49,139 bases of DNA, taken from Cyanophora paradoxa CCMP329. Lineage: Eukaryota; Plantae; Glaucophyta. Positions 44,682-49,139 of this stretch are shown here, one piece after another. Position 1 is the first letter of the stretch; the number at the start of each line of letters is the position of its first letter. The DNA is taken from NCBI GenBank assembly GCA_004431415.1, contig QPMI01000140.1:1-49139 (forward strand). The letters run 5' to 3'. The translations under genes were made by a program, and so were the position numbers. The notes below the pieces were generated by a model. It saw nothing but the letters and a program-made list of their open reading frames with translations. It was not told the origin of the DNA and did not search any database.

Positions 44682-47343
44682 ATGGTCGTCGACTTGAATT
44701 CGAAAGTTGCTGCAGCTAGCTGCGAAAACAATTTAATTGCACTGGAAAGACTTAAACGACTTGTACCCTGCCTTCGCTCCCGTCCGACGGTCCGAAGGGC
44801 TGGCGAATTCCGAAGGCGCGGCGCCGCCGCCCGGCCGCCCGCGACCATGGCCAGCTGGGAGCTGCACAGCCTGCTGCAGCTGCACTGGTACTGTGCAGAC
44901 AGTGCAGATCGAGACTTGGCAGACTCTCTGAGAGCACCGGTACCTAGGCCGCGGGCCTGCACGCGTACGTGACACTACGTGATAGTACGTGTACGCGCTG
45001 TCGGGCGCGCCATCTAGATCCAGCAAGATCTGCCGCCCGGCGGCCAGGCGCGGCCGGCCCGACAGCATCGCTGAGGCGGCTGAGCTGGTAGACCAGCGTG
45101 GCGGCATGGTCCAGCAACCGGCGGGCCTGGATGCGCAAAGAGAAGGGGCGATTAGAGAGCTCATAGATCAAGTGCGCCGCTGCCTCGCGGTGAACCTGCG
45201 GCTCAAGCTTGCACGCTAAGATCGATCCCGCTGGATCGCCCGCGCCGCAGAGCGAACATGTCGGGCTCCGCCGTGTCGTCGCTGAGCGGGCCGCTGGGGC
45301 GGAGTCGTACAGGGGCTTTGCGGCGCCCCCGGGAGCCGACGTCGAGCCGCTGGTCCAATCGAGCGCCGAGGGCACATACGCGCGCCTCTCTGTCCGCGTG
45401 GACGCCCTCCGGCCCCACGAGATCCTTGACATCCTTTGGTGCGAGCGGCGGCGCGCGCGCCCGCCGAACGCCCGCCCAACGCCCGACGACGCGCAGGAAC
45501 CGGGAGAACGAGCAGTACTGGAACTTCTTCACGCAGACGACGCTCGTCGCGGAGCTCGATCCCGACACGCGCGTCGTGAAGGGCGTCGTGCGCTCCGACG
45601 CCCGCCCCCGCCCGCGCCCCCGGACCCCGGTCCCCGGTCCCCGCCGAACCCGCCGGCCCCAGGTGCGGGTCTTCTGGATGTACCAGAAGACGTTCACGCC
45701 CGTCCGGCGGCGCCGCCTGCTCCCTGACGGCTCCGCGCTGTACCTGGTGCGATGCGCTCCTGGCGACCCTCCCGCTGGACCGAGGCGACCGGCCCGCGCG
45801 CGCGCGTTTGCGGGCGCAGGACATCAACTCGGACTACCCGTGCAGGCCCGAGGAGTGCGCACGCCCCGCGCCGCCCCGCCCCGCCCCGCCAAGCCAAGCC
45901 GCTGGGCGCTTGGCCGGGATTGAAGTTGACGCGGGGGGGCAGGATTGGGGACGGGGCGGTGTACCACATCTCGTGGAGGCCGGACTTGCAGGCGAGCGAG
46001 CTGCTCATCCGCGGCTTCTGGCCCAGGCACTCCCTCCTCCCCCGCTTCCGTGCGCCCCGTGCCCCGTACCCCCCCGTCGCTCGCCCCCCCGACGAACGAA
46101 CGAGCGGGAGCGCAGTCGCGGAGCGGATCATCGACAGCGTGGGGCGGGCGAGCTTCACGCGGCTGAAGCGGCTCCTGCTGGGGCGCGCCCTCGGGAGGAG
46201 CCCGGACCGAGCCCCCGGGAGCGGCGCCGCGAGCCTCCCCGGCGTCAACAGTCCGCCTATCCCTATCCCCCTGCTCTGCGCTCTTGCCTATGCCCTCTGC
46301 CCGCTCACCCCGCCAGCGCAGTGCTGCAGCCGATGCTGAAGGAGGGCGGCGGCCGCTTCGCGGACGGAAAGGCTCCGGCCTCGCGTGACGTCCAGTCCAT
46401 ATCCGTCATGCTATCCCAGGTCCGTTTTCCACGCCCCCTCCTCTCCTCTTCTCCGCGCCCTCAGAAGAAGAGGGCAGGCGGCGGAGATCGAGGCGCTGCG
46501 GCTGAGGCTGGAGATGGCGGCCCTTGCGGACGGGGAGGGGGGGACGCCCTCCGCCTCGTCCTCCGCGGCGGGGGCGGGGGCGGGGGCCGGGGCCGGCTCC
46601 TCGGGGTCGCCCCCCAACCGAGGCAACAAGCGCCGCCCCAGCGTCGCCGCCCTTACGGACGGGCCGGCGGTCGGGCTCGCCGTCGCCCTCCCGGGCCCCG
46701 GCCCGCCCCCGCTCGCCCTGAACTCCCCGGTACCCGTCGGGCCCCAGCTCCCCCCCTCCCCTTCGCCCCTCTCGCCCACGGCGTGGCCCGGCGCCTCCGC
46801 TGCCAACCCGGGCGCCCCCTTTTTCTTCTGGGGCCCCATGCAGGCCCCGCCCCCGGCCGGCCCCGTCCTGGCGCCCGCCCCCGCCCCCGCGCACGGGCGC
46901 AAGGGCCACGTGCCTTCCCCAAGAGGCAGGGACTACCCCCCAGTGCGCCCCCCCCCCCCCGCTCTCCCCCCCCCTCTTTCAGACGAAGGGAGCCAGCAGG
47001 GCGCGATTCCAATGGGGCCGCCACAGACGGCGGGGCCGCCGCTGCGGCCCCAGCCTGCGCAGGAGGCGTCGCCGCATGCGGCGAGGCACCCCATCGCACC
47101 GGCAGCCCCGCGCGCCCAGCAGCTCGCCCCGCAGCCGCAGCCGCAGCCGCAGCCGCAGCGGCAGCCGCAGGGCGCACCGGTGCCGACCCAGGCCCAGCGC
47201 CGTGAACGGCACGTACCCCCCCTTTCCCCCGCCGCTCCCGGGGTCCCGCTGATCCGGCGCTCCCGCAGGCTGATCCTACCCCGCCCCATCGCCCCCGCGC
47301 CCAGCGCGCCCCCCGCCGAGCCGCAGCGATGGCGAGCCCCACT

Positions 47344-47374
<31 letters not shown>

Positions 47375-47907
47375 CCCCCAACCCCAACCCAACCCCCACC
47401 CCCCGCGCCGCCTCGCGTCGCCAGCGGCTCACCGCCCCTGCCCTCAGGTCCTCTCCCCTGGCCCAACCTCTACCCTTGCCCGGAGCGATCGCCGCCCCAG
47501 GCGGATCCGCCGCCCCAGGCGGATCCGCCGCCCCCGGCCCCCCCTCCCCCGGCGCCCGAGCCGCCGGACCGTCCGCCCACCCGGCCCCGGGGGCCGTACC
47601 CCTGGGGGAGGCGACACTCCGTCTGGTGAAACGCCGCACTTCGGAGTCCTCGTCCCCCAGCACGCCCCCGGGCGCGGGTTCGACTCCGGAGGGGCCCGCT
47701 TTCGCCGGCGCCGCCCTGCCAGACGACGGCTCGACCCCCATGAACTGGCCCCGGCCCATCCTTCCGCGGCCGCCCCCGCCGCCCGTCCAGCCTTCGGGAT
47801 CCGCATCCGAGCCCCCGCCCGCCTCCTCTGGCTCGGTCGCCCCGAACGGCCCGGCTCCCCCTCTTAAATCTCGTTCAGGAATGAGCATCTCAGCGCTCCT
47901 AAGTTGA
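44682..47907 (+). CDS. Host multi-exon gene: START/SRPBCC-like domain, short coiled coil, long Pro-rich tail ending MSISALLS
   Basis: Spliced ARLSVRVDALRPHEILDILWCE-NRENEQYWNFFTQTTLVAELDPDTRVVKGV-VRVFWMYQKTF resembles a helix-grip fold; short introns. The start position is uncertain. Confidence 0.55.
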
Positions 47908-49139
47908 TAGCTTCTTTCAGCGCTTCTAAGTTGATAGCTTCTTTCTTCGTAATTGCTTCCACTCAGTGACTGGCAGGCGCCGACCCGGCGGCGCGATACA
48001 CGGCCGATACCTGCAAACATGCCCTCTCACATCTCCTTCATTTAATCCGTCTGATTATCTGACGCGTGACTTATGTAATTTAGGTAACTGCACATGTTTA
48101 TTCACGCATATTTTTGCTAGTAGACTTTCTGGTCATCCGGGTCCTCCGGCCCTGCAGCTGATCATGAGAATCATGAGATTAATTAGTTTTCAACACAGGA
48201 CTCGTATGGATCTCAGCACTTAGTGACACAGTGCTAGTAGTAACCGGACCTTTCCGATCGAATCGAAGTTCCGTGCAAGCTGCAAATCTAGCTTTAGCTG
48301 CATGTGGTAAATGAATAAACAGCGAACTTCGGAAACTATTATGACTCAGTGATATCCTGTTGAACTTCGGAGATGACACCTAGGCCTGCACAAAGATCGG
48401 ATGTATGAAGCGACGGCCCCGTCCTCATGGGGGCCGGGCCTGAGCGGAGGATATTATATTATTATATATTATTAATATTAATGATCATGATCATCGGATC
48501 ATCGCGCCGTCTGCAGCTGCCTCGATCCGGATCCCACGCGCGGCCGCCGCCCCACGCGTGCGAACGTTTAATTTCGTCGGAGCATGCACATGCGCATGCG
48601 CAAGGCTCGGAGCAGGCCTAGGCCTAGGCTGAGCAGGATCGAGCAATTGCGACTCTAATATTAATTTGCGCATGCGAAACTCCGGAAGTCGGCCACGAAG
48701 CACTAGCGGCTGAGCACTCCCCGGAGTTGAAAAATTTCAAAAGTTTGACGATCATCGGATCATTGAGAGAGGAGCTAACTTAGTAACTAGTATGAGCATG
48801 ATGGCGCCGGTGTACTTGTTTACACGGCCCGCGGCCGCGCGTGGCGCGGCGCCCCCCGTCACACACGGCGTGGCCGCCGCGCCGCTCCCTGGCCATGGCC
48901 GCACCGCGCCGACAGCCCCTGGCCGCGGGGCCCGGCCTGCGCGCCCATGGCCAGGCTCCGTCGGCGGCGATCGCGAGGACCACGTACGTATACGCGTACG
49001 CCAGGCGGGCGATCGCGATATCGATGGCGCCGGCGAGCGCGCGGATGCGCGCGGCGCACTGCGGCAGGAAGCGCACGGACCCGGCCGCGGCGGCCTCCGG
49101 ATCCAACGCACCCGCGGCACCGCGGTCCGCGGGGCGGCG

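Noticed and set aside
48752-49139. Minus-strand ORFs at the window end
   Set aside because: GC-rich and truncated, with no recognisable motif.

Overview
The window is eukaryotic (protist or alga-like): very GC-rich genes with short spliceosomal introns, in two parts. (1) Positions 1 to ~20,200 are the right part of an integrated, gene-dense, mostly intron-free dsDNA virus. It encodes an A32-like packaging ATPase, a VLTF3-like late transcription factor, two paralogous HUH (rolling-circle Rep-like) endonucleases, a giant coiled-coil/fiber protein, an S74-chaperone fiber, an FN3/Gly-rich fiber, two paralogous beta-rich proteins and a degenerate HNH protein. This gene set fits a mriyavirus/yaravirus-like virus better than a Polinton, but no capsid, polymerase or integrase gene is visible inside the window. 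The viral ORFs are broken by many single-base indels, probably long-read errors. Near its right end the element has an unusual non-coding module: three copies of a conserved flank plus a (GGGACTT)n array. Two of these face each other around a stretch in which TC recurs at exact 12-bp spacing 16 times, with variable 10-nt fillers. (2) Positions ~20,200-49,139 are host DNA. They contain four hAT-type non-autonomous elements (8-bp TSDs), TA-type MITEs, an essentially complete multi-exon RecG gene, a truncated duplicate of it, an unknown multi-exon gene, and a START-like/Pro-rich gene. All calls come from manual motif reading; no database searches were run.
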